A stretch of DNA of 61,396 nucleotides, counting the filler, from Basidioascus undulatus (Eukaryota), in the NCBI GenBank assembly GCA_000826855.1. It is 6 parts of 6 records of this genome, joined end to end, with 100 filler letters (N's around TTAATTAATTAA, not from the genome) between each part and the next. Parts side by side here need not be neighbours in the genome. Positions count along the whole stretch, not along the records: positions 1 to 27,348 come from JTLS01000168.1; 5 more parts are not named here. The stretch is one strand, 5' to 3'. Positions 1-10,755 of this stretch are shown here, one piece after another. The notes beneath the pieces are model-generated. The model made no database searches. It saw only the letters and a program-made list of their open reading frames with translations, and was not told where the DNA came from. Both the position numbers and the translations under genes were made by a program. Each line of letters opens with the position of its first letter. Position 1 is the stretch's first letter.

Positions 1-1
1 C

Positions 2-291
2 CCCCCGCCGCCGCCGCCTGGCCCGCCGAACGGCGCCGCGAACGCAGCGGACCTCCTCCTCTACCAGCAGCAGCGCATGATGGCTGCACAACGCGCGGGC
101 GTAGGCGCGGGCGGGCTGGCGGGACTCGATCCGATGCTAGTTGAGGCGCATCATAGGCAGAAGCAGGCGCAGCGTGAGTGATTGTGGCTTTTTGAATGGT
201 GGTCGACGGGAGGAGCGGGAATGCTGATCATGTGGTGCGGGGTGCGGGGTGCGGACGAGCAGTCATGGCACTGCTTAACGGTGGGCGGTAG
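2..291 (+). CDS. 3' end of an unknown Pro/Gln/Ala-rich protein (5'-truncated by window start)
   Basis: Frame 2 is open from base 2 (PPPPPPGPPNGAANAADLLLYQQQRMM...KQAQ). GTGAGT donor at 174, CTGAT branch, CAG acceptor at 262. Last exon reads LMALLNGGR* (TAG 289-291). Confidence 0.6.
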
Positions 292-1087
292 GCGTTGATA
301 CGGCGCCGTCACTCTTCTACAAGTCCAACATACCGCCACGCTTTCTTCCTTATTTCTGATTCTCATTTGCTCTTGGCCCCGCGCTTATTGCATCCCTCCG
401 CTCCAACCTATCTCCACGTTCTTCGTGAGCCTACCTACGCCATCTACACTATCTACGTCCACCTTCTCCGCCCCGATCCCTTCCTCCCTTACTCTCGCAC
501 GCTCGCCCACGACCCATCCCACCTCCTATCCCGCTTCCGCACGGCAGTCTCCCCGCACTACTCTGCACACCCATGCCATCCCCGAATCTTCATCTCCTTA
601 GCTTGGGTTTTTCTACCTACCCATCGCATACGCTTTTCCTTCAGTGTCGTGCTCTCGTCTCTTCCCTAAGCTTGCTCGGCGTTGCCTGAAGCTTGATCGA
701 TCGTATTGATTCCTTCTTTTGCTATGCTTATGCCCCAATTGTGCCAGTGGAGTTTAAGCAGATGTGACGGTGGGAAGCGAGCCAGAGTTGCAAGTGGTTG
801 CGGGTTATGAGCCCGGTTTGTGGTTTGAAGAACCCAACAACAACCGAGAATCCTGCATACAGATTGGTCGCAGGTGCTCACAAAAGCTGGAGACGACGCG
901 AAGCACACCGGTGTGTGGAAAAGGCGGGCCTCCGACTCCAGTCAGGCTCGTCTTGGCCGCGCGAGCGCGTTTGACCTCGCTCCATCATAATCGTCATAAA
1001 CACCTTTAGGCCAGCTGAGGTAGGTCGCAGGCTTGGATACAGATCCTCCCTGGCTTTACTCACAAACTCCGCGGTGCCTTGTCTAGG

Positions 1088-1351
1088 TCGCAATGTCTTC
1101 ATCGGTGGTCGTTCCTCGCGCCGCCCGCTGCCGGCGGTTTCACCGGGCTCAGGCGGCTGCCCACGGCCGCGGAGCAGCGCGTGATCGACATGTATGAGTC
1201 GCGGCCGTACGTGGGAGACGTCGTCATGATGGGCGAGCATTTTACGTGAGATGAGTATGTCTTGCAAGGGGAGAGGGGGTTTGGGGGCATGGATTCGGGG
1301 GACGAAAGCGATGGGGATGACTCGAGCTCGGACGAGGAGGACGATGATTAG
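1088..1351 (+). pseudogene. Terminal exon of an unknown gene with an acidic tail, interrupted by an in-frame TGA
   Basis: After a CTAG acceptor: SQCLHRWSFLAPPAAGGFTGLRRLPTAAEQRVIDMYESRPYVGDVVMMGEHFT*(TGA 1247-1249)DEYVLQGERGFGGMDSGDESDGDDSSSDEEDDD*. Both sides of the stop look coding. Confidence 0.4.
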
Positions 1352-3075
1352 GCATGGACACGATTGGATTGATCGGCCTGGCGGAGCTGCAGGTCCGGAT
1401 ACTCTACTTCATGTCGACACGGTGATCTGAAGTTGCATTTTTCACGATGGATACCGACGGACCGTACGCGGTGCAAAGTGGCAGGCATGGCAGTGAAAGT
1501 GCTAAGCAAGATTCGCCTGTGCATGCAACCTTCGGGGTACTTGATTCCACCACTTGGTTCAAATTCTGATATTTCCAAGGCGTCTTCCCTTTGGAATGAG
1601 CGCGAAAGAGCTTTCGCCCACGTCGTCTCCTTCGCGGCATTCAGCAACGCAGGCGTCGTGCAAGTGACCGGCGTAGGAATAGAATCGTCAGTTTCAAGAT
1701 CGTGTAACTGTTGAGATTATCCTTCAGCATTACACATACTACTTACGAGAGGCACCGGAAAAGAACGTGTCGCTATGCTCGCCAATCTGGCAGTGCTCTG
1801 TTATATGCCGAGTTATTGGGAAGGAGAAATTCATTTGGGGTCCCGACCTGGTCCGTCTGTTTACAAAAAGTCCGGGTATGGCTTCCTCAACTAGACAATT
1901 CCAATGCTACGGAACAGCTAGCAAGGGTCTAGGCAGTGAGTGACTGTTGGCCCAGTGAGTGTCGATGCTCTCTCAACTGGAGCGTGATTAATTGATGTCC
2001 TTTGCCTGGATTATTTCGGTTCCTTGTCCACGATTTGAATGCTGACTTCAGAAAGAATAACAATCACTACTCTCCGTTTACGCAGTCATACGTGTGCTTA
2101 TGCAGAAGCAGAAGTGCACTGCGGACCCACCACACTGGCGCGCTGCGTCTACTGACAGGGGACGCTTTCTCTAATAAGTAGTGGGTGCTAGAGCCTCAAT
2201 TGCAGAATTTTTGCATAGTTTTTATGTCTCGATGGAGAAGAGCTTTAATCAGGCGACGCAACCCGCTGGTCTCGTGGTTCCCAAGGTGAGGGCGCATGGC
2301 CTTGTTGCATCCCGTGTGAAGTGCTGTACGTACCATCCATTGCTCCGAGAACGTCTAACATTCATTAAAATTACTGTCTCTACAAACAGGCTCCGAAAAA
2401 GGCATACAACTAGTTCACTCAAAGGCCTGCAGTGCGAACGCCGGCGCTCCAAGGACCTCATGGCCTCATGGCCTCGTGACCTTTGTACAGTTGCAGGCTC
2501 GGCAAGCACGAGACTGATTTTCAGCTTGAGTCTTTTTCTATCCAGTTGAGCGCTTCCTGGAGGCCTCATGCAGAACTGTCTTACACATTGCTACTCGTAG
2601 TGGAGTTGGCAGCTCGGGCCCACTTCCGGCTTGCCTTCAAGACACCCGTCATCATTGATGACTGGAAGGAGCACCATATTAATCCGGTCCACGATTTTAT
2701 GGAGCATGGGGACAAGTTTTGTACGCCAGGCACCGAGTGTTGGTAGAAATGCGTTCACGTGGCCTGCCTTGCAGTAGTGTGTGTGAGTGCGTGTGGGTGC
2801 GAACACGCACTCTCTTCATTCTGACCTTTACCTCTCTTGCTAGGTGAATCGTTGATATGAATCAAATCTTTTTGCTATGTCTGCGCTTGATTTATCCATG
2901 GCATCTGACCTCGGTGCCTGGCACTCGCTGCAAGCAAGACCGTGCCGCTCCACCCTCGACTTACCCTCAACTTGCCGCATTTATACTGCCGCGTTTGCCG
3001 GGGAGTCTTCCTCTCCCCAGCTCGTTCTCTTCATACTTCAGCAACAACACTTACACACCTCTCTCCATAGCCCAC

Positions 3076-4023
3076 AAGCTCGCTTCCTCTATCATCACCG
3101 TCCTCTTGGCCGCCGCCGCTGCAGCCCTCCCTCAAATGTTGTCTGCACCGCCCGCGTCCTCGGCTCCTGCGTCTTTTGCGCCCGCCTCTTCGGCACCCGC
3201 TTCCTCGGCACCCGTTAGCTCTGCCCCTCCTCCTTCCAAAACCTGCCCTCCCGCCCACAACCTCACCGTCACAGTTACCGAGGTCCCAACGGGCATTGGC
3301 CCCCCTCCCCAGCCGCCGGCGGACGGCGTCGCGCTCCACCCTAACGGTAACCCAGACAAGTGCATGGACGTCCGCGGCGGCGTATTTGCCAATGGCACTA
3401 TCGCAATCCGATCCAAATGTGGGTCTTGACTTCTTACACATTTGAAAGATGACGGACTGACCCATGCTTTGACCGACTGCAGTTACGACTGCAACGGCAC
3501 TGGCGCTCAGCGCTGGGTCATCAACCCTGGTGCGCATTTGTGCGGGGATTTTCCCAATAAAAGTGGCTAATATTTAGGGTTACACTTTACCAAAGGCCTT
3601 ACTAATGTCCGCGTTGCGGGCACCAACTTCTGCTTGGACGCTGTGACGGGTGAGTCGCGGAGTCTCACTTTTCCCTTCTGTCCCTCACAACTGTGTCCGT
3701 CCTGACCGTCTCCTCCGCAGCACCTGGCAACAACGTCGGCGCAAAGATCTGACAATGCTATGATGGCATTCCTGCTCAGTAGTGATGGCTGGAGATTCGG
3801 GAAAACTTTACTCACTACCGTCCGACAGACGGGTGACCGCCGCATCGCTGTCTACAACCAGGGTGAGTCCTTGCGTGCTTCTCCCCCCCAGCCGCACCCC
3901 TCTCTGACACCTCACAATCATACAGGTCAATGCCTCGACCTCACGTCGGGCAGCCCTGCGAACGGGAACCAGCTTCAGACTTACCAGTGTACCAACTTCA
4001 AGACCAACCAGATCTGGACCTAG
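3076..4023 (+). pseudogene. Secreted ricin-B/CBM13 (QxW beta-trefoil) lectin pseudogene
   Basis: Signal-like LASSIITVLLAAAAAALP preceded by AAG where ATG is expected (3076). Exons encode HPNGNPDKCMDVRGGVFANGT, YDCNGTGAQRW, VRVAGTNFCLDA, KI*QCYDGIPAQ**, QCLDLTSGSPANGNQLQTYQC..NQIWT*. Stops at 3750, 3780 and 3783 replace the expected W, Q, W. Confidence 0.85.
3154..3228 (+). repeat. Five degenerate 15-nt coding repeats (ASSAP linker) in the lectin pseudogene
   Basis: GCGTCCTCGGCTCCT GCGTCTTTTGCGCCC GCCTCTTCGGCACCC GCTTCCTCGGCACCC GTTAGCTCTGCCCCT. Confidence 0.85.
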
Positions 4024-4841
4024 TCAGGGCGCCGCATCGGTTAACTCTCCTTTTAGACACTGCTTCAGGACTCTAAGACTACCTAGTGTTCAAAGTGTCT
4101 GCTCCGTTTCTATCCACTCAACAAATCTAGCAAGCCATCGGACCTTTCTTTTTCGGTCTCTCCTTTCGAAGAAGTGCCACGGACACTGCTAGCGACTGTG
4201 ATCAATCGAACCTCTCTTGGATGCCCTTTAAATCGGGTGCTTCTGAATAAACTCTCAAGAGCTGTGAATGTCGCATGCGATGCACAAGGCTGGTTACATG
4301 CTGACCACAAGTTGAAGCAGGGGCAGCTCTGCGGCGACTGTTGGCTCTTTCCCTCGCACTGTGCCGATCCAACATCGCATTGACGAGACCTGATAACCTA
4401 CCGGGTTCAACATGGTCTCTATTCATTCAAGCGTATGTTTTCGTATGTGCGCCCGTGTCTTCAGGTACACTTCTTCACGCGTCTAGTTCTGGTCCGTTGA
4501 CCGGAGGCCATCCCGACCTCTTTGCATGCTTGCAGTCCATACGAAGAAAACTGCGACGATTCACTGCTACAGCTCCATTCACACCATAGGCTCACAGAAA
4601 CCAAGTACCTTCTGTTAGGACCGAGGCAGCTAGCCACCTCTTCACAGTGCTCTCGTCCACACGGAGGTACAAACAAACCGTCATGGGCTCCGCCCGTACC
4701 GCCTCCGCGAGCCGCCCATCTCCCGGCTCTTGCTCTTCACCACCATCTCGAATCAGCCACCTGATTATACTACATTAGCTTACAGCATTTCCACACCTTG
4801 ACCCGTTTTTGTGATCCATACCGCTCAGCACGCTCACGGTC

Positions 4842-7800
4842 ATGGTGAGTTCCATGCTCCGGGCGATTGGTACCGCCGGTGCCGTTTCGCTGACCGTGTC
4901 CCATGCTTGCCTAGTTCTTCAAGTCAGACATCTCCACTTTAAATTCAAGCATGTGCAATTGACTGACGAAGGGACCTCTAGCCAAGAGCTTCTCACATCG
5001 CGGAAGAGCGGATTCGGCATCTGCTGGATCGCCGCCACGCTGACGAGTGCAGTTCGACCCTCTTTTCCACCCCTTACCAACGGCCTAACAAGACCACCAA
5101 TCTGCAGCCAAAACCTCTCTCAAGCGTATCGGCAGACGGGAGCTCATGTCTTTCTCGATCGAAGAGTTCTGCGAAGTGCTTCAGGTACTGGATACGACGC
5201 CCGATCTCCTCTCGAAAGCTGCAGTCCTTCTTACCCTTCCACTTCCGGCTATAGAACCCACCTGAGCCTCTCGCACTTCGTCTGTCGAGCAATGTGAGCT
5301 CTGTCGCGCGAATCTTGTAGCAGCAGGTGGCGACTAATGGGATGAGCTGGTGCAGCTCCTCGTCGGCGTCGCCAGGGTCTATGACGAGCGCTGGAAGATC
5401 TTCTCGAGCGAGGTACAACAGGTCTACGCGAACGTCAGGAAAGCTGTGGGGGATCTCAAGCAGGCGGGGGGAGACGGGATCGACCTGCCGAACGTTGGCG
5501 CGAAGTGAGCTTGACCCCTTACTCCCCTCAGACTCGAGCGCCTGTTGTTGACTGGTGGAATGGGGGAATGCAAAGGCACGACGCGATTACGCTCCAGATA
5601 GGCGATGATGGAATCGCTCTCGGTATCCAGCTGGACTTCGCGGACGCTGTACGCCTATTCTGCAACTTGTTTCCAGAGCACAGCCCTCTTACCTTCAGAC
5701 TTTCAGGGTTGGGAGGACTTCGCTGGGTTCACCTTCGGCGACGATCTGGTCGACAGCTCCCAGATTGGGGTAAGCTGTCCTCCAGGGTCCCTTTTCTTCG
5801 CCGCTGCTCACATCGCTGCCGCACGCAGCGTGGCTCTACTCCCGCCCTCGTTGCGCCCGACTCGCAGCTCTTGCTCCAGGAGGCACGCTTTTCTTTCAGG
5901 CGAACTAATGAATGAAAGTCTGATGAGGGCCGTCTTTCCGAAAGGACCACCACGGCCTCTTCGTCAACCAAGATGCCCGCGCCGGCGGCGGGGACGGTCT
6001 CGGAGACGAAGGGTTCGACAACCTCGAGGGCGTCGGCGACATCTTCCAAGGCGAGCTGGACCAGTTCAAAATCGACGGGGAGGGTTCGACCGTAGGGGGG
6101 CTTGCTGCGGGCCGTGGCACGGGAATTAGCTCGTCTGTGGGAGGCCGCGGTGGGATGGACGACTGGGAGGGGGTGGGAGAGTGCGTGTTTCCTCTTCCTC
6201 TAATCGTGGGGGACTGTCAGGGTTGGAATCACTGGACTGACAGCGAATGCGCGCAAAAGAATGGGGGGAGATCAGACCGCGCTTGAGGGTGGAGAGATCG
6301 AGGAGCAGTTCCGGGGTGAAGAGATGGACATCGACTGGGGCGACGCGGGCAGGCTGCAGGAGCGGGTCGAGGGGGAGCACGCGGAGGGGGAAGAGGCGGT
6401 TAAGAGGAAGGTCGCAAAGGGCAGGAAGAGGGTACGCGCTCTTTACTCCTTTAATCCCAAGTTTTTCTAAGCCTCAATCCGGCTTATTCAGAAGTACAGC
6501 GAGACCGGCGAGGCTCTGCCGCTCTCGGACGGAGACGAGGACCAGAGCGTCGCGCCGCGTTCGATCCTCAAGACGCCCGGCCAGACCGAGACCGACGCCG
6601 GGAAGACAGCGGAGACGGCTAGAAAGAAGGGAAGGAAGAAGAAGGTCACCATTGTGGATGGAACCATCGAGTTGACCGACGCGGTATGTGACGAGCGTGC
6701 CCGAGAGGCCTGAAACCGAACTGACAGCCGGTGTTTATGGCGGGTAGGAGCTGGCCCGAGCGAGGAACAAGTACTCGGATGAGATGGACCGGTATTCTTC
6801 GGTTTAGTATTTAGGAGTAGTCGCTTTGAAAGCTCAGCTTGGGGGCGACAGTCTCGCAGCAGAGGCGGCCGCGAAAGAATGCAAGAAGCGCGACGCAGCG
6901 ATCGCCCACCAGCTCGTCTTCGGCCCTCCGCAAGGCTGTACGCCCATCCCCTATACCACGTATACTCTGATATGCTTAGTTTTGGTCTGACAGTCGCAGC
7001 TCCCGCTCTCCTCGAGTTCTACGCGGAAATGACTTCCGGGAAGGTCCGCGCCACGCTCGAGGACGTCCAGACCAGTGCGCGGTTGCGTCTTTCATGTCAT
7101 CCCCAACGGACGCTAATAGCTATATGAATCCTCAGACGAGCTCAAGGGCAAGCGTCGCCGCACCGGATCGCTTGCGGACGATGCCGTCGGACGCGACGGC
7201 GACGCTGCCTGGGCGGCTGGTGCGGCGGAGGGCGAGTTCCCCGTTCCCGTTAGCGACGACTGGCCGCAGCAGGACGGGCAAGACTACATTCAAGACTATC
7301 CCATGGACTATCCACAGGGTGTGTTCTCTTATCACCTGAAAATATCCTAAAGGACCAGGGAAGCTGAGCTCGCATCTGGCAGACGTCGAGTTCGGCCGCG
7401 TTCCGGTGGGCGAAGTACGCATAGTAACTTGTAGAATCCCCTTAGGACTGTTACTGCCCGAACAACTTGATATCAGCAGCAGGACGTCGAGCTCGGCCGC
7501 GGGTCCGGTTCGCAGCACAGCGATAGGGCGCCCTGGGAGCAGTTCAACGCCGCTCCGACTGCGGACAGCGACACCGGCGTCGGTAGGTCTTCTTCATAGC
7601 TCCGGTTCCCCATCCGTATTTCTAAAAAGGCTTTACATGAGGCAGGTTTCATCCCCGGAGGCGGACGTTCGTCTCAGACCGGAACTGCGGCGGGTCGCTT
7701 CAGCATGGACACGCCGGTCAGAGGCCGCGCTCGCGAGAGTTCCGTCGGCGCCATGTTTTCCTCGCAGCAGGTTACGCCCAAGCTGGCCGGGCGCCCTGGG

Positions 7801-8265
7801 AGCGCGATGGGCGGTACGGGAGAGGCGGTAGACTTTGGAGGATTCGAAGAGCTCGAAGGTGAGTCCCCTCGTACTTTTCACTGCTGTTCATCCTTTTCCC
7901 CTGTTGCTGATGTTCTGCGAGATCGGTTGTAGAGCCTGAGGGTACCCACCCGTCGCAGGACCACACCCCACCGCGGCTCGAGCAGAAATCGGCCCAATTC
8001 CTCGCGTACGTGAAGCACTGCGCGCAGACGGAGCAGGAGGAGTCGGGCTTCGAAACGCTGTACTTCTCCGACATCTGCCCGCCGGCGTCCTCGACCAGGC
8101 ACGTCGCTGCCGAGGGGTTCTACCACGTCCTCCGTGGGTCCTTCAAAAGCTGTAAATCTTGTAAGGAGGGATTCTGACTTCCGACTTGCAGTTCTCGCCG
8201 GCAAGAGCATTGTCAAGTGCAAGCAGGACGAGCCGAAGGGCCCGATCGAGATTGCCATCGTGTGA
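4842..8265 (+). CDS. REC8: Meiotic cohesin kleisin, Rec8 (Rad21/Rec8 family), multi-exon
   Basis: Spliced N-terminus M|FFN|QELLTSRKSGFGICWIAATL...PPEPLALRLSSN...LLVGVARVY is the Rad21/Rec8 N domain, with the Rec8-type GFGxxWxAATL rather than Rad21-type GPLxKxWLAAH. C-terminal winged helix FLAYVK...YFSDICPPASSTRHVAAEGFYHVL|LLAGKSIVKCKQDEPKGPIEIAIV* (TGA 8263-8265). Confidence 0.88.
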
Positions 8266-8906
8266 TGTGGTGGAAACGAGGAGTGGGAGTGCGCCGGAGA
8301 CTGTTTGTAGAGCTACGAAGACTTTGAGCAGAAGCTGAACAAGAATACATGCATGTCTGTCCCAAGTAGGGTATGAAAGTGTGGCCATTCGTCTCGTGGG
8401 TCTTTGAATCTCGAACGACGCTGTCGTCAGCTGTGGGCGGTGGCTCGAAACCTGCAGGCCTTCTCATGAAATCGTACGCAATTGAATCTGACTCTGACTG
8501 GCATGCCTCGTGCCCGTGCTTGGCCAGGGACATTCCAGTGTTCCCCGACACTTCCGCAACCCTGCTGATAGTTTTCTGGCACATGTCAACAATAAATGCA
8601 TGTGTGCGGCTGTACAAAGAATCTCATCTTCATGCCCGGCCAATTTGACCCCGCTAGCCGAAGCGGGAAGACTGCAACAGGCACCGCCAGGCACAGCCTG
8701 AATGCGTCGGCGTACAAGAGCAGCAAACTGCACTCCGATTCTGTCACCAACCCCCTCCGTACGAATATATGGCTTCTCCAAACACTTTCGAGGTGCCCTA
8801 CTCCCCACAGCGTCCCTTCCTTCTCACGACCCTCACACACCCACACCCCTCGACGACGTTCATCTTCCACCTAGGACGAGCCGAGGTTGCGAGGGAAGGG
8901 TATCGC

Positions 8907-9503
8907 ATGGGTTCAGTCAATGAGTCAGTGAATAAGTGAAGTGACTGAGGTGAGGCACACCGGGCCACAGCCGGGCCCTCTTGTTCGGCCTCGGGGTAGT
9001 GATCTTCAGTATCTTACTACTCGCTGTGCTCCTCGCCTACAAATTCTCGGTCAACACCGCGTACCGCGACGGGCTCAGCCTCTACACCACCGGCTGTGCA
9101 TCATCCCCTTCCTCTCGCAGAGCTGCGTATATGCCATTGCTTTGTGTGCTCTTGGGAGAGAAAAAAAGTAGGCTTATGTGTACGTCTGACAGCTATTCCT
9201 CTCACTATCGGCCTGGGGGCGCTGCGCCTGGTGAAAGGTGGCTGGAGGCGAGCGAGCACTTTACGCAGGACCGTCCCTCTCCTCTCCAGTGCGTCCGCCA
9301 CCTCCTCCTCCTTCTCCTCACGTTTACCATCCCTTCTGAATCACTTGCCTCACTCAGGCTCGGTCTGGCAATGTCCGCCCTCAAAGGCACGAACCTCGTC
9401 GCGCTCCTCCAAGGCCTGCGCTATCTCTTCCGCCTCGACAGCGCGTCCAAGCGGCAGACGCTCCCCTTACCGCCCCTCGCCCGCTGAGCGCTCCGCATCC
9501 TAG
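8907..9503 (+). CDS. Hypothetical small membrane protein (model uncertain)
   Basis: Manual 4-exon model MGSVND|RALLFGLGVVIFSILLLAVLLAYKFSVNTAYRDGLSLYTTG|SIPLTIGLGALRLV... with a strong hydrophobic helix. The frame of the last exon is ambiguous. Confidence 0.4.
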
Positions 9504-9990
9504 AGATCCTCTTGGAAGTGGGATACCCCTCGACTCGTGGTTCCACCTTTCGGCTAAAGCCGTCCCGATCGCGTCGACTTGGGCGTTGACGGGGGAGAAG
9601 CCGCTGCTCGGCATGAACTCGAACCAGACGGAGTGCGACGAGGCTGCGGCGCTCGCGAGGAGCGATAGTGAGTTCGATGGACGCATGCAATCCTGTGAAT
9701 CTCGGTCCAGCGGTGTTACTCAGGGTTCTTTCAGGAGCTCGAGTCTGATTGTCGGTTGCGTTCCTTCAGGCGGCTTCGACACCGGCGCAGCCAAACAACG
9801 CTTTCATCTTCGCTCTCGCGTAGGGCACACGCACTTTGACAAACTCCTCAGGCTCCTCGTCGATCCGCATCGCTCTAGCGGACGACCAGACCGCGCTCGC
9901 TGTGCCCGCCTCTCTTCCTGGCAACGTCTCCTACATTGCGAGCACGCACGGGATCCAGTCCTCGTCCAATCCCCTTCCTCGCCATTGACT

Positions 9991-10128
9991 ATGCGCACCT
10001 TCGTCCTCCTTGTCTTGCTCGTCGCCGTCTTCGGCTTCGCCACGGCCGCCCCCACGCCCGAGTCTTACCGCTGCGTCGGCCCTGGGGAACACCAGATCTG
10101 CGACCGCCCAGGCATCGAGGGGAAGTAG
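9991..10128 (+). CDS. 45-aa secreted peptide precursor with two cysteines
   Basis: Intronless MRTFVLLVLLVAVFGFATA-APTPESYRCVGPGEHQICDRPGIEGK*. Classical signal peptide with an A-T-A cleavage motif, strong C/G third-position bias and a pyrimidine-rich upstream leader. Confidence 0.72.
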   Translation: MRTFVLLVLLVAVFGFATAAPTPESYRCVGPGEHQICDRPGIEGK

Positions 10129-10755
10129 GCTCGAGATCGAGCTCATTGCTAGTGAGCACTCACTTCTACTACACCCTTTCATGGACGAGGCTAAGGCTGG
10201 GGTTTTCACGGAGCTGGACGTGAGCGTGAAGGAATTGCGTGGCATGCGCAGAGCAGTTGAAGTGCAGTGACAGGCAGTACTCGGAGCTGTGCTGGGGCTA
10301 GGACTACATTGTTTTTCTTGGAATCGTGGGCTTTTGTCTGCATTAAAAGAATACAAGGAGCAGGTCAGGGCAATTGAAGGGTGCCGGACTTTCCAACTTG
10401 CTGGTGGGAACATCTTCCATGCGAGTACTAGTAGTGGGTTTCAAGCCGCGTATCCCCTGGGGTATCTTTTGAATAGAAATCTGTATATTATCTCCTTCAG
10501 GTATATCCTCTCCGTTACAGCTTCTGAAAGTGAAAACAAGGCTGTTGGTGAAACCGCCTCGGAAGTCTCTTTCCCACGAAGATTTCGACACGCGACACGC
10601 GTCATAGCTGTGCCCCTGGTAGCGGTCGCCGAACTCAACGCGCAGCTGCTCGACTCCGGCTCGGCGACTACTCTTGCCCCTTGGACTCTGCCATCTCGCT
10701 ATTATACTTTGCGCTCTTTCTGGCGCTTGCACATCGAATTCTGCGCGCGGGGACG

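Noticed and set aside
5915..5975. CTGATGAG...CGAAA resembling a hammerhead ribozyme core
   Set aside because: No convincing stems I and III can be formed. CTGAT and GAAAG are explained as the branch site and acceptor of a Rec8 intron.
9370..9589. Premature TGA at 9485 in the small membrane gene
   Set aside because: An alternative phase-consistent splice gives an uninterrupted ORF ending at 9503, so the stop need not be premature.
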